A program made the translations under genes and the position numbers. A stretch of 63,641 nt of DNA, counting the filler, from Octopus bimaculoides (lineage: Eukaryota), in NCBI RefSeq assembly GCF_001194135.2. It is 5 parts of 5 records of this genome, joined end to end, with 100 filler letters (N's around TTAATTAATTAA, not from the genome) between each part and the next. Parts side by side here need not be neighbours in the genome. Positions count along the whole stretch, not along the records: positions 1 to 12,328 come from NC_068985.1; positions 12,429 to 18,757 come from NC_069004.1; positions 18,858 to 35,395 come from NC_068989.1; 2 more parts are not named here. One strand, written 5' to 3'. The notes under the pieces are model-generated. The model searched no databases and was not told the DNA's origin. It saw only the letters and a program-made list of their open reading frames with translations. Position 1 is the stretch's first letter. Each line of letters opens with the position of its first letter. Below are positions 11,280 through 23,542 of this stretch, in pieces.

Positions 11280-12160
11280 ATAAACTTCCGAAGTCCATCA
11301 ACGTTTCGACTTCTTCTCAGTGTTATCTTCTGGATGAAAAGATTTTAGTGGTTACTAGTTCCGTTTTATTGAAGGAGAAAACTATAGAAATATTTTTATC
11401 TGTTCTTCATTCATTAACGCCAGACGTTAGATTTCTTTCAGCAATCAGAAAATAATTTGGATATTGCATGTGATGTTACCATACAACTAAGATGCTCTAG
11501 CATTAGGTGTATCTTAATTTTTTCGTTATATTTTACCATTGATTTGACTTCTAGATTAATATTCAAAGTTTGCAGGGGTTGGATGCTTACTGTATAGTAT
11601 CATTTTGATCTCAGTGAATGTTTGTTTTCATCTAGATCTGTGATTTAATATGATAAACCGCAATGGCTCCTTGTTGTAGATGTATGTTCATCTAACGAGA
11701 AAGCCTAGTACATGTTTGTCCAATATAATAGTCGGAGTCGTTAAGTTTACTACTTTCAAGTTTTCATCGAAATTTTGCAAATTAAATTAATCGTTCAGTG
11801 TTTATCTAGAGTCTTGCGGGACTGAGGTTGGTTATTGATTCGGAGACTTTTAATTTCTGTGTTTTTCCAAATATACTGCGAATATACTAATATTATTTGG
11901 TTCAATGCAGTCTTTGTTCTGATAGATAATAAGTTCGTTTATTTAATAGCGTGAGTGCATTTCGTTCATGTAATATACTTGTATCGTTGGTTTGTTTGAA
12001 GTATTTATTGCGTTGAATTCGTTTCTGGATTGTTGATAATCCAGTAAACTAAATTATTTGAATAACTATTGATTAGCGTTTATCTTACTCATTTCATTTC
12101 GTTTTATTAATTCTTTTGTAGAGAAAATGTAAAGACCCTTCTGAGTAGGGATTCAATGAA
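11280..12160 (-). mobile_element. Degenerate Penelope-like retroelement (RT C-terminal region + GIY-YIG endonuclease + 3' terminal repeat)
   Basis: Minus-strand FIESLLRRVFTFS...TLINSYSNNLVYWIINN (RT thumb-like) and YYIGQTCTRLSR*MNIHLQQGAI (YIG motif at 11713-11727), with many stops; hammerhead remnant at the 3' end. Confidence 0.75.
11295..11337 (-). ncRNA. Degenerate minimal hammerhead motif in the Penelope 3' repeat
   Basis: Minus strand tcatc-CAGAAGA-t aac..gtc-GAAA-CGU-U-gatgg: 5-bp stem I intact (one G-U pair), core U4>A, stem II eroded. Confidence 0.55.
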
Positions 12161-12328
12161 TGAAGTTCTATACATGCTGGGGTTCTGCATGTGTGTTTGT
12201 GCATGTGTGTACTTGTGGTCTTACATTATTTCCATGTTTGTATAGACATGTATGCAAAGTGTATAGACATTTTCCTCTATCGTTAATGTATGCATGTGTG
12301 TGTGCACGTATGTATGTACATATATATA

Positions 12329-12428
12329 NNNNNNNNNNNNNNNNNNNNNNNNNNNNNNNNNNNNNNNNNNNNTTAATTAATTAANNNNNNNNNNNNNNNN
12401 NNNNNNNNNNNNNNNNNNNNNNNNNNNN
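12329..12428. other. Artificial assembly spacer N44-TTAATTAATTAA-N44
   Basis: Exactly 100 bp, palindromic, with stops in all six frames; the same construct occurs four times. Confidence 0.9.
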
Positions 12429-12769
12429 GGTGGTGGTGGTGGTGGTGGTGGTGGTGGTCGTCGTCGTCGTCGTCGTCGTCGTCATGGTACTTGCAGTCAC
12501 AGCCTTTTGTGTTTGCGTTCGAGTTATTTCTACGGTTAGTTTGTTGATTTTCTCCAAGGCAGAGACGAAAGTTAGCGTAGCAAAGCCTGAGATGTTGGTC
12601 CTCTCAAAAAACAAAGAGCCATCTCCCAGTGGCAATACCTTATCGTGGAACATCACTGAGACAAGTAGAAAAGTTTAAGAATTTCAGAGTTGTATTCATG
12701 AGTATGGTGGTTGTCTATTCTTCATGCCGAGTTTGACCACCTCCTGTACATCTACACCTTAGAACCATC

Positions 12770-12960
12770 ATGGCATCTGATGTGACACCCACATAGATTG
12801 CACATCCGATTTTGGACCACCAAGAGCTGCAAATAAGTTCTGATCTTTGTGGATCTTAAAATATCTTTTGAGGCCTCCGTTAGATTTGCAAACCTTCTGG
12901 CATACACTGCATTGAAAGGTGGGCACAGTCATATAAGCAGAATAGTTGGAGGAGGTCTGT
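12770..12960 (-). pseudogene. Decayed C2H2 zinc-finger coding remnant (LINE C-terminus or ZNF pseudo-exon)
   Basis: Minus strand TFQCSVCQKVCKSNGGLKRYFKIHKD (12849-12917; first His replaced by Tyr), then a frameshifted MCNLCG second finger remnant. Confidence 0.6.
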
Positions 12961-13507
12961 TTTCCATGGGTTCGCAGATGAGATTTGAGCCCAGCAAAAG
13001 AAAAGCATATATNNNNNNNNNNNNNNNNNNNNNNNNNNNNNNNNNNNNNNNNNNNNNNNNNNNNNNNNNNNNNNNNNNNNNNNNNNNNNNNNNNNNNNNN
13101 NNNNNNNNNNNNNNNNNNNNNNNNNNNNNNNNNNNNNNNNNNNNNNNNNNNNNNNNNNNNNNNNNNNNNNNNNNNNNNNNNNNNNNNNNNNNNNNNNNNN
13201 NNNNNNNNNNNNNNNNNNNNNNNNNNNNNNNNNNNNNNNNNNNNNNNNNNNNNNNNNNNNNNNNNNNNNNNNNNNNNNNNNNNNNNNNNNNNNNNNNNNN
13301 NNNNNNNNNNNNNNNNNNNNNNNNNNNNNNNNNNNNNNNNNNNNNNNNNNNNNNNNNNNNNNNNNNNNNNNNNNNNNNNNNNNNNNNNNNNNNNNNNNNN
13401 NNNNNNNNNNNNNNNNNNNNNNNNNNNNNNNNNNNNNNNNNNNNNNNNNNNNNNNNNNNNNNNNNNNNNNNNNNNNNNNNNNNNNNNNNNNATATATATA
13501 TATATAT

Positions 13508-13670
13508 ACGGCGGGATTCTTTCAGTTTCCGTCTATTGAATCCACTCACAGGGCTTTGATCGGCCCGAAGCTATAGTAGAAGACGCTTGTCCAAGGTGTC
13601 ACGCAGTGGGACTGAACCCGGAACCATGTGGTTGGAAAGCAAGCTTCTTGCCACACAAGCACGCCTTGTG
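13508..13670 (-). mobile_element. tRNA-derived SINE, family B
   Basis: Reverse complement of ..tggct.tgtgg.aag.agcttgctt.ccaaccacatggttccgggttcagtcccactgcgtg.caccttgg.caag.gtcttctactatagc..; at least 6 copies in the window. Confidence 0.85.
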
Positions 13671-15351
13671 TAGGTTCGCTATTATTCCTTGCGAGAACAC
13701 GTTTCAGTGGCCGGAAACATGTTAAACTTCGTAAAACCTTAGAGACAGAACCCTGGTTTGTTCCAATAAAAGACATTTAAAAAACAAATAATTTTCATGG
13801 ACTCCTAAAATACTATTGTGTACCCCTCATTCTGCTCTCTGCTTTTTGGAGCCCCGAAGTATCTTATATAGACCCCGGGTGAGAACCCGTGATTTAAAGG
13901 GTAGTAAACAAAACCAGATGGTTTTCTTCATAACTTTGCCACCAACCAGGAGGCCGGTCAGAATATATTCTAAATTAGAGAAAGAATACACACACACACA
14001 CACACACACACACTTGTTACCGGTCGACATTTTCAGTTATACATACACACACGTACACACATACATACATACAAACATACACACATATTCACCCATACTT
14101 ACATACATACGCACGTACATACATACATACATACAAACATATACACACATACACATACACACACACTTGTTACCAGACGACATTTTCAATTATACATACA
14201 TACAAACACATACATACATACAAATATATATACGTACATACATACACGCACACACGCACACACACACATACATACATACATACATACATACATACAAATA
14301 TACATACATACATACATACATATGTACGTACGTACATGCATACATACATACATACATACAAACAAATATACAAACATACATATATACATACATACACCTC
14401 GGTCTGCTCGATCAGAACCGACCGGGGGTTTAAACGACAATAACTACTACTACTGCTGCTACTGCTCTGTTTCTGTCCAAAGACATAAAGACTGTGGAAG
14501 TTCTTCTACTCGACGAATATTCAACCTTTTAAGCAAATTCTTTAACCGACAGCGTTTTTGGCAACTGCCATCTTGGAACCATTTACCATTTTCACTGCCA
14601 GATATACTCCCCCCCCCTCGTCCTCCCACCCTCCCTCTCACTCATCCTCTCTCTCTCTCTCACTCTCTCCCTCTCTCTCTCTCTCTCTCNNNNNNNNNNN
14701 NNNNNNNNNNNNNNNNNNNNNNNNNNNNNNNNNNNNNNNNNNNNNNNNNNNNNNNNNNNNNNNNNNNNNNNNNNNNNNNNNNNNNNNNNNNNNNNNNNNN
14801 NNNNNNNNNNNNNNNNNNNNNNNNNNNNNNNNNNNNNNNNNNNNNNNNNNNNNNNNNNNNNNNNNNNNNNNNNNNNNNNNNNNNNNNNNNNNNNNNNNNN
14901 NNNNNNNNNNNNNNNNNNNNNNNNNNNNNNNNNNNNNNNNNNNNNNNNNNNNNNNNNNNNNNNNNNNNNNNNNNNNNNNNNNNNNNNNNNNNNNNNNNNN
15001 NNNNNNNNNNNNNNNNNNNNNNNNNNNNNNNNNNNNNNNNNNNNNNNNNNNNNNNNNNNNNNNNNNNNNNNNNNNNNNNNNNNNNNNNNNNNNNNNNNNN
15101 NNNNNNNNNNNNNNNNNNNNNNNNNNNNNNNNNNNNNNNNNNNNNNNNNNNNNNNNNNNNNNNNNNNNNNNNNNNNNNNNNNNNNNNNNNNNNNNNNNNN
15201 NNNNNNNNNNNNNNNNNNNNNNNNNNNNNNNNNNNNNNNNNNNNNNNNNNNNNNNNNNNNNNNNNNNNNNNNNNNNNNNNNNNNNNAAGAAGAAGAAGAA
15301 GAAGAAGAAGAAAATGATGATGATGATGATGATGGCCATGACGGCGAAAGA

Positions 15352-15562
15352 CAGCGAGGTGGCAGAAACGTTAGCACGCCAGGCGAATTGCTTAGCGGTA
15401 TTTCGTCTGCCTTAACGTTCTGAGTTCAAATTCCGCCGAGGTCGACTTTGCCTTTCATCCTTTCGGGGTCAATAAATTAAGTACCAGTTGCGTACTGGGG
15501 TCGATCTAATCGACAGCCCTCCCCCACAAAAAAGAATTTCCGGCTTTGTGCCTAGAGTAGAA
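15352..15562 (+). mobile_element. SINE family A
   Basis: Consensus match including the gagttcaaattcc B-box. Confidence 0.85.
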
Positions 15563-16719
15563 AAGGATGATGATGATAATGATGATGATGATGAAGAGGG
15601 GAGGAGGGGGAGAGGGGAATTAAATAATAGAAAGCTAGGGAACGCGTGTGCGTATATATATATATATACATATGTTTGAAAGTGTCTGCATGCATGTGTG
15701 TAGGTATGCATGCTTGTATGTATGTATATAAGTATGTGTGTATCTGTGTATGTACATGCGTATGAGTATGTATGTATGTATGTACGTACGTACGTATATA
15801 TGTATGCATGTATGTATGTATGTATGTATGTATGTATGTATGTATGTATGTATGTATGCATGTTTGTATGTATATACGTATGTATGTATAATTGAAAATG
15901 TAAACTGGTAACAACATGCACAGCTACAATGAATACAGAAGTACTCAACAGGCTAAATGTAGAGCTGGAATATATATTTAACAGAACAGGCTCTTACACA
16001 ACGAGCTCCCTGTATATTATCTATTAGATATAACATATACAACAGCTATATACTATATACTATGGACGCATATGAAGAATGTCCCAGGAAAGAATCACTG
16101 GAGAGGTTTTACGAGCAAAAAAAAAATTCCACAGAACGAGAAAGATTAACCCTTTTGTTACCATATTTCTGTTGAGATACTCTGTGTTTCTTTCAATTAA
16201 TTTTAAATATAACAAAGAATTTAGTAAAATAACTTAGTTATCTTTAAGTAAGTGTTAGGAACAGTGGCGGTTCGTGTATAGGCACTGTGGAACTGCAGCA
16301 CCCCCTATTTCCACTCGATATTATCGACAACATTCAATATAGTGAGTCCTTTTCTCTTTAATTCTTCCTTTATACTTGTACATTATATAATCCTTAAGGT
16401 ACTGTCAGTAGCCATCCCCTAGTTTATGAAAAACATACAAAAATCCTTTTATAGAACTGTGCGCTTCACAGTTCCAGCGACACGGTTGTTGTGCGCATGC
16501 TCACATGTCCGAGATAGGAAGCTTCACGCTAGGGAGAGAGAGTACTGTGGTTCACGCAGTGCCGACCCCGGTGTGCTGGTGAAAGTTAGTGCTTCTTTTA
16601 GACTCTGCGTGTATTGTGCTTAAAATCCTGTTTATATTCTTGAATGTGATAAAGTGTAGAATTAGATTATTTTCCTACATTAGAAAATCAGTTTGAATCT
16701 TGCTTGCTTTCTTGCGACG

Positions 16720-16849
16720 TTTTTAGTATTCTTGTTTGTGAGAGCAGTCGAGTTTATTTCAGATATTCTCATTTTAAAAATCATCTCTAGCTAATCGTTG
16801 AGAGGACGTTGGTGTTGCCTTGGCGGAGGTTTGCGCTCTCTGAGTGCTC

Positions 16850-16851
<2 letters not shown>
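16720..16851 (+). mobile_element. Helentron-type non-autonomous element, 3' part
   Basis: Matches the 3' half of the 48309-48657 element and ends gccttggcggaggtttgcgctctctgagtgctctt. Confidence 0.65.
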
Positions 16852-16887
<36 letters not shown>

Positions 16888-17459
16888 GTTATTAAGAAAA
16901 GAAAATATTTTTTATATCAAAAAAGGGAAATATTATTTATACTGACAGATCGAAAACGTAGCGTTAATTAATCCTTCATTTGTTAATTACGAGCATTTCA
17001 ACTCTTTTTTCTCATTTTCCACCGTGGTTCATGGCCCGATTAATAAAAATCAATCAGCCGCTATGTAGAATAAAAGCAAAATTTATTGGCGCCAAAAGTA
17101 TCCAATATTAAGTGGTGTTTTGCACAGACTCAGCGGCGTCAAATCGCCGGTGCCAAAACATCTTTAACCCTTTTAGAAGAAATACATCGCCCTAAGACTC
17201 TGGCGTGTGGAAAATAAAGAGGTGGGGGGCTTTATTCTCTTTTTGTCTTTTTTTCTTCAGATTTACACGCAGTCTCGTTTAAATCGTGCATTTATTTATA
17301 GAAAATTTATTTTTCAATTTAATTTTAGGCAGAAAACCTGTGTCCCCTGATACGGAAAAAGAAAATCTGTTACATATTGCTAGAGTAAGTAAAAATTATA
17401 TATTATTATTATTATTATCATTGTTGTTGTTGTTGTTATTAGTATTATTATTATATTTT

Positions 17460-17835
17460 TGTTATTATTATTGAGTGAGAGAGCAGTGCATGTCATCAAA
17501 GTTACACTGGGATAAAATATACGAAGCCCAGTATACCCATCATGACTACTTGTCTGATAAGGGTACACCAGGCGCATGCATCACAACCATATGTGCGCGA
17601 CATGGTGATCTTATATCAAGATAAACAGTGCATGACTTTGCAGGTGGGGCCCAGTTAAAATTTTCGTCAGGTCGAGTAGCCCATCCCACTCAAAAGATCC
17701 CTGAATAAGGGTTGTTTAAGGATGGTGAATGAAACATCTATGTTTCCAAAGGAGAATTATTCAAACCTTAAAGAATTCCTCTCAACATATAGCTATGATG
17801 CTCCCCCAGTACTTCTGCTAATGATCAGATGGCAT
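17460..17835 (-). mobile_element. Retroposon 3' end, family F
   Basis: Inverted copy of the 2473-2964 element with a (TAT)n tail. Confidence 0.75.
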
Positions 17836-17924
17836 TTTTGGACAACTGCTTATGAAATGGGTGGTATCTTCGGTGTTAACTCCACAAAGTCTGCACCGGT
17901 TGTTACATTTTACTGAATCCAAAC

Positions 17925-18125
17925 AAAGAAGAACAAACAAGAAAAAACAAAAACGCGAGAACGTGGTACAAGTACTGCGTTATCAGACGCTCAGGAAAGG
18001 AAAGAAAGAGGATTTAACGTTTCGAGCAAAGCTCTTCTTCAGAAATAGAGGAAAGTCCAAAAGAAGGGAAGACGGGGCAAGAAAATCGCCAACGATACAC
18101 ACGTGGTTACATTTTGAAATGTATC
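17925..18125 (-). mobile_element. Penelope-type terminal-repeat fragment carrying a hammerhead motif
   Basis: Contains the intact CUGAAGA..GAAACGUU motif; a related copy lies at 61611-61745. Confidence 0.6.
18012..18046 (-). ncRNA. Minimal hammerhead ribozyme with intact core (stem III-less, dimer-type variant)
   Basis: Minus strand attt-CUGAAGA-a-GAGC uuu GCUC-GAAA-CGU-U-aaat: 4-bp stem I, 4-bp stem II, palindromic AACGUU in place of stem III. Confidence 0.7.
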
Positions 18126-18193
18126 AATGTATGTATGTTCAAAAAGTCTCTCGGCAGTGAATTTTTTTCATCCTGCGCATCACCATGGCGCTA

Positions 18194-18331
18194 CTTCAAG
18201 AGTTTTTCGGTGAACGGATTATTTTGAAGGGACTTTGGCCACCAAGATCACCTGATTTAACACCGCCAGATTTTTTTCTTTCTTTCTGGGGAGCAAGTAA
18301 AGGATCAGTGTACAAGAATCGCCCGAAAACC
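18194..18331 (+). mobile_element. Tc1/mariner transposase fragment
   Basis: LQEFFGERIILKGLWPPRSPDLTPPDFFLSFWGASKGSVYKNRPKT contains the WPPRSPDLTP.DF.LWG motif. Confidence 0.85.
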
Positions 18332-18538
18332 CATTAAATACTTACTTCGAAGAGACTTTTTGAACAACCTATGTCTATGCATGTCTTTGTATGTGTAAGC
18401 ATACATGTATGTATGTGTTTGTGTATATGTATGTGTACGCATATATGTAAGTATGTACGTAGGTATATATATGTATGTGTGTGAATATATACACACTCAC
18501 ACACTGCATAATCCAGGAAACCGGTCTCATCCATTTGT

Positions 18539-18569
<31 letters not shown>

Positions 18570-18599
18570 ATAGGCCTATACTATATAGATATTATGTCT

Positions 18600-18667
<68 letters not shown>

Positions 18668-18757
18668 TTCATTATACCTTCAGGGTAATTAAAAAGCAGC
18701 AATTTTCTTGAAGCAAACAAAAAAAGTCCTTATCTATCAAGTCTGTGAAGAAAAGTT

Positions 18758-18857
18758 NNNNNNNNNNNNNNNNNNNNNNNNNNNNNNNNNNNNNNNNNNN
18801 NTTAATTAATTAANNNNNNNNNNNNNNNNNNNNNNNNNNNNNNNNNNNNNNNNNNNN
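18758..18857. other. Artificial assembly spacer N44-TTAATTAATTAA-N44
   Basis: Exactly 100 bp; same construct as 12329-12428. Confidence 0.9.
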
Positions 18858-18912
18858 CTACATTGTATTTGTCCCATCTTCATTGAGCCCTGTGTGGCTA
18901 ATAAAAGAGATG

Positions 18913-18947
<35 letters not shown>

Positions 18948-19479
18948 TTATACATTTGCATATAAGCTTCAATCTATGCATTTATATGAATGAAACTGTT
19001 TACTTTCTCTTTGCTGTCTCTCCCACTCACTGTCTCTCCCACTCACTGTCTCTCTCTGTCTCTCTCTCCCCACACACACAAACACACGCACATGCACACA
19101 TAAATGCAGGGAAGGAGATAAAGGACGAAGAAAAGAATATACTTTGTTTACCATACTAAGGTTGATATGATAAAAATATTGTCGTCTTTATCTCGATGCG
19201 ATATCTTGAACCCGGCGCCTTTGATCAATTTTACAAGGGCACAGAGCCTTTCTGGCTTTATTAGCAGTAGTAATAGTAGCAACAGCAGCAACACTAGTTG
19301 TAGTAGTAGTAGTAAAAGAAAAAGAAGAAGCGGAAGAAAATGAAGAATAAGAACAAGTTGAAGAAAATGAGGACGAACGGGAAAGAAGAAGGAGAAGGAG
19401 GAAGAGAACAAGATGATGATGATGATAAGGAAAAACATGAAGGAGATAAAACATGTGGCAGTAGAAGACGAAGAAGAAA

Positions 19480-19665
19480 AAGATGAGGGGAAAGGAGGAG
19501 GAAGAAGAAGAAGAAGAAGAAGAAGAAGAAGAAGAAGAAGAAAAGATGAGGGGGAGGAGGAAGAAGAAGAAGAAGAAGAAGAAACAGATGAGGGGGAGGA
19601 GGAGGAAGAAGAAGAAGAAGAAGAAACAGATGAGGGGGAGGAGGAGGAAGAAGAAGAAGAAAGTG
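19480..19665. repeat. (GAA)n-based compound minisatellite
   Basis: Repeated unit gatgagggggaggagg(aag)n-aca, about 40-45 bp, 3-4 copies. Confidence 0.85.
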
Positions 19666-21570
19666 ATGGTGGTAGTTGTGTTTTTGGTGGTGGTGGTGGT
19701 GGTGATGGTGGTGGTGATGCTGTGCTGTTGCAGCTGCTGATAATGAGAGTAAAAGAGAAACGGTAAATGAATGGAATTGGGAATTGAAGAAACGAGNNNN
19801 NNNNNNNNNNNNNNNNNNNNNNNNNNNNNNNNNNNNNNNNNNNNNNNNNNNNNNNNNNNNNNNNNNNNNNNNNNNNNNNNNNNNNNNNNNNNNNNNNNNN
19901 NNNNNNNNNNNNNNNNNNNNNNNNNNNNNNNNNNNNNNNNNNNNNNNNNNNNNNNNNNNNNNNNNNNNNNNNNNNNNNNNNNNNNNNNNNNNNNNNNNNN
20001 NNNNNNNNNNNNNNNNNNNNNNNNNNNNNNNNNNNNNNNNNNNNNNNNNNNNNNNNNNNNNNNNNNNNNNNNNNNNNNNNNNNNNNNNNNNNNNNNNNNN
20101 NNNNNNNNNNNNNNNNNNNNNNNNNNNNNNNNNNNNNNNNNNNNNNNNNNNNNNNNNNNNNNNNNNNNNNNNNNNNNNNNNNNNNNNNNNNNNNNNNNNN
20201 NNNNNNNNNNNNNNNNNNNNNNNNNNNNNNNNNNNNNNNNNNNNNNNNNNNNNNNNNNNNNNNNNNNNNNNNNNNNNNNNNNNNNNNNNNNNNNNNNNNN
20301 NNNNNNNNNNNNNNNNNNNNNNNNNNNNNNNNNNNNNNNNNNNNNNNNNNNNNNNNNNNNNNNNNNNNNNNNNNNNNNNNNNNNNNNNNNNNNNNNNNNN
20401 NNNNNNNNNNNNNNNNNNNNAGTCCGGGAATATAGCAGAGGACACATGCAGAATCTGGTGAGCAGTGAGACAGAACTGAAACCCACGTGGTTGTAAAGCT
20501 AGCTTCTTATCCACTCAGCTATGCCTCTTCCTGTAAAATGATTTCTTTCAAAGAAACATAAAGAACAACGAGTTTTTGTGCTGGGAATTGAACTCGGGGG
20601 CCCTGAGTGCAAGCTAGGCATCCTAACCAGAAGACCGCATAGGATATAATGAAAAGAAAAATTTAATCCATTAAATCTTTAATCCATTAACTGTTTTAAA
20701 GAGTTTAAGCTCAAAAGTCCTCACAGTAAGTTAAGGCCAAGCAACGAGATAATCTTTTTGCAGGTTTCATACTTTCATGATTATGAGAAGCTCCTATTTG
20801 TTGGAAGACGACATATTGGAAAACCAAGTTCCCGTCGGAAATTGTCAAAAGTCGAGAACCGGATTACAGCTATGTTGACACTCTTGAGGGGATCAACATA
20901 TTGTTGGCAAACGTGAAGTCGTTTCTGTGTTTGTTGTAAGAAAAGTAGGGGTTATATATATAGTAGGAAAGATGACGATGATGGCGGCATGGGTATAGAA
21001 AGGGCTTTATTATTATTGATGGTGAGTCGTCAGTGACGGCTGTGTTGGGTACGGGAAATGGATATGGCGAAGCACAGTGTGTAACAGTTAGTGATAAATT
21101 TAAAGATACGGATGATAACAAAGCGAATGAGGAACCGGTTGGGGAGAGGGAGTGAGAGACAGAGGGAGCGAGAAAGCAATAAGAAGGAAGAGATAAAGAC
21201 GATATTGATAATGAAGGTCAAATGTAGGAGTGTACGACAGATAAGAAGGGGAAAAATTCAAATACAAACACACACACACATAAACACGTACACTGTGATA
21301 TATTACTGAATAAAATAGCGTGCTCTCACACCAGAAGATAATCCACTTCTAGTTTTAGATAAGTATATTAATAAATAACACAGCCGAACAAAAGCATTGC
21401 TCTCTGTTGTCAAAAAATTTGGACCTGAACTAGAGGTTTTGGGCGCAGAATCCGAAAATCACATCCATTTATTACCATCATGTCAGGATTTCAAGATTCT
21501 GCATCTATAGAATTTCATTGTTTTTTCATTAAAATAGTTTATGAGGAACATGGAATAACATACAAACATA

Positions 21571-21733
21571 CCGTAAATCCTCGAGTATAGTCCGCCCTTG
21601 AGTATAATACGCAGGGGATTTTTAGGGGGCTGTGCCTCTGAAGAATTTAAACCTTGTGTATAATACGCACCCCTTCTCTAACTTGAGTCAAGCAGGTCTA
21701 TATAACGTCCTTGGTTTGTAAAGGTATATACGG
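21571..21733. mobile_element. pogo/Tc1-type MITE
   Basis: TA|CCGTAAATCCTCGAGTATA ... GGTATATACGG|TA: short terminal inverted repeats with a TA duplication. Confidence 0.65.
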
Positions 21734-21974
21734 TAACGTCCTTTATTATTATTGTATATATAACATAATGCAAGCATGTAGCTTTTTTGTGCACTTTGCA
21801 GAAAATAAAGAAATAACAGTAATAAAGTCAGTGAAAAATAAATATTAAGTAAATTGCCTTTACATATTTATCACTTAGAAAATTTTGCTTAGAAAATATT
21901 TTTCATTTTTAACCTCGTATATAGTACGCACTAGGGATTTTGAGATATTTCGCTATTATTTGCACCGTATTAAG

Positions 21975-22190
21975 CCGGCGAACTGGGGGAAGCAATGGCA
22001 TAGTGGATAAAATAGTCAGTATCAATTTTTCCAGTGCTATGTTGTGAGTTCTAATGGTGCCGAGGTCAATTTCACATTTCATCTTTTCGTTGTCGATAAA
22101 ATAAATGACATTTATGCTCTGAGGCCGATGTAATCGATTCAACCTTTTCCCCACAAATTGCAGGAACTTGTGCCTGTAGTAAGAAAAGTT
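21975..22190 (+). mobile_element. SINE family A (degenerate)
   Basis: Consensus similarity. Confidence 0.65.
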
Positions 22191-22858
22191 ATTTGTAGCA
22201 ATTTGTTTAAGTGCGTAGTGACTTCGATCATGCACTCGATGTACGCACGTGAGAATGATTGTGTGTATGATGTGCGCATGTCTGTGAGTGAGTTTATAAA
22301 TTTTCAGCGTTTGTATCTCAGTTATATCTTAAAAGGAACCGATTCAACTTCGAGAACCTTTACTTTTAACGTACACGATTGGTTTCGTCGAGAATCGTGG
22401 AAATGTGTGTAAGCGGATGTTCCGCAACACGTACGCACCATACTGAGGCGCTTACATACGCATATATACTCAGATTCACGCGCATAGTTATACGTATATA
22501 CATATACATACCCTTAAAATATATACCGACGGATATCCATAAGTACACACAAACACACACACATGTATGTATTTATGCATGCATGTATGCGTGTATGTAT
22601 CTCTGTATGTATGTATGTATGTATGTATGTTTTTATCTATCTATCTACCTTTCTATCTATCTATCTATCTATCTATCTATCCATCCATCTATCTATCTAT
22701 CTATCTATTCTCTCTCCCCCTCTCTCTATACATACATACATACATACATATATACATACATACATACATGCATATACATACATACATACATATATATACG
22801 TATATACATATTTACATACAAACATACACACATACCTACAAACACATACATACATAAT

Positions 22859-22896
<38 letters not shown>

Positions 22897-22997
22897 GAAT
22901 GTATGTCGTGTGTTTGCGTACATGTGTGTATGCGTGTGTACATTGAGTGCACGCATTGTCAGCACGTGAAAGGTGGGGAATGTATTATGGCTGTGTA

Positions 22998-23041
<44 letters not shown>

Positions 23042-23505
23042 TNNNNNNNNNNNNNNNNNNNNNNNNNNNNNNNNNNNNNNNNNNNNNNNNNNNNNNNNNN
23101 NNNNNNNNNNNNNNNNNNNNNNNNNNNNNNNNNNNNNNNNNNNNNNNNNNNNNNNNNNNNNNNNNNNNNNNNNNNNNNNNNNNNNNNNNNNNNNNNNNNN
23201 NNNNNNNNNNNNNNNNNNNNNNNNNNNNNNNNNNNNNNNNNNNNNNNNNNNNNNNNNNNNNNNNNNNNNNNNNNNNNNNNNNNNNNNNNNNNNNNNNNNN
23301 NNNNNNNNNNNNNNNNNNNNNNNNNNNNNNNNNNNNNNNNNNNNNNNNNNNNNNNNNNNNNNNNNNNNNNNNNNNNNNNNNNNNNNNNNNNNNNNNNNNN
23401 NNNNNNNNNNNNNNNNNNNNNNNNNNNNNNNNNNNNNNNNNNNNNNNNNNNNNNNNNNNNNNNNNNNNNNNNNNNNNNNNNNNNNNNNNNNNNNNNNNNN
23501 NNNNN

Positions 23506-23542
<37 letters not shown>

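Noticed and set aside
14486-14610. Exon-like stretch after ctgtttctgtccaaag
   Set aside because: No donor site, a stop in the phase compatible with the gene, and no recognisable domain.
19413-19766. Acidic poly-Glu ORF
   Set aside because: Translation of the (GAA)n compound repeat; no splice or homology support.
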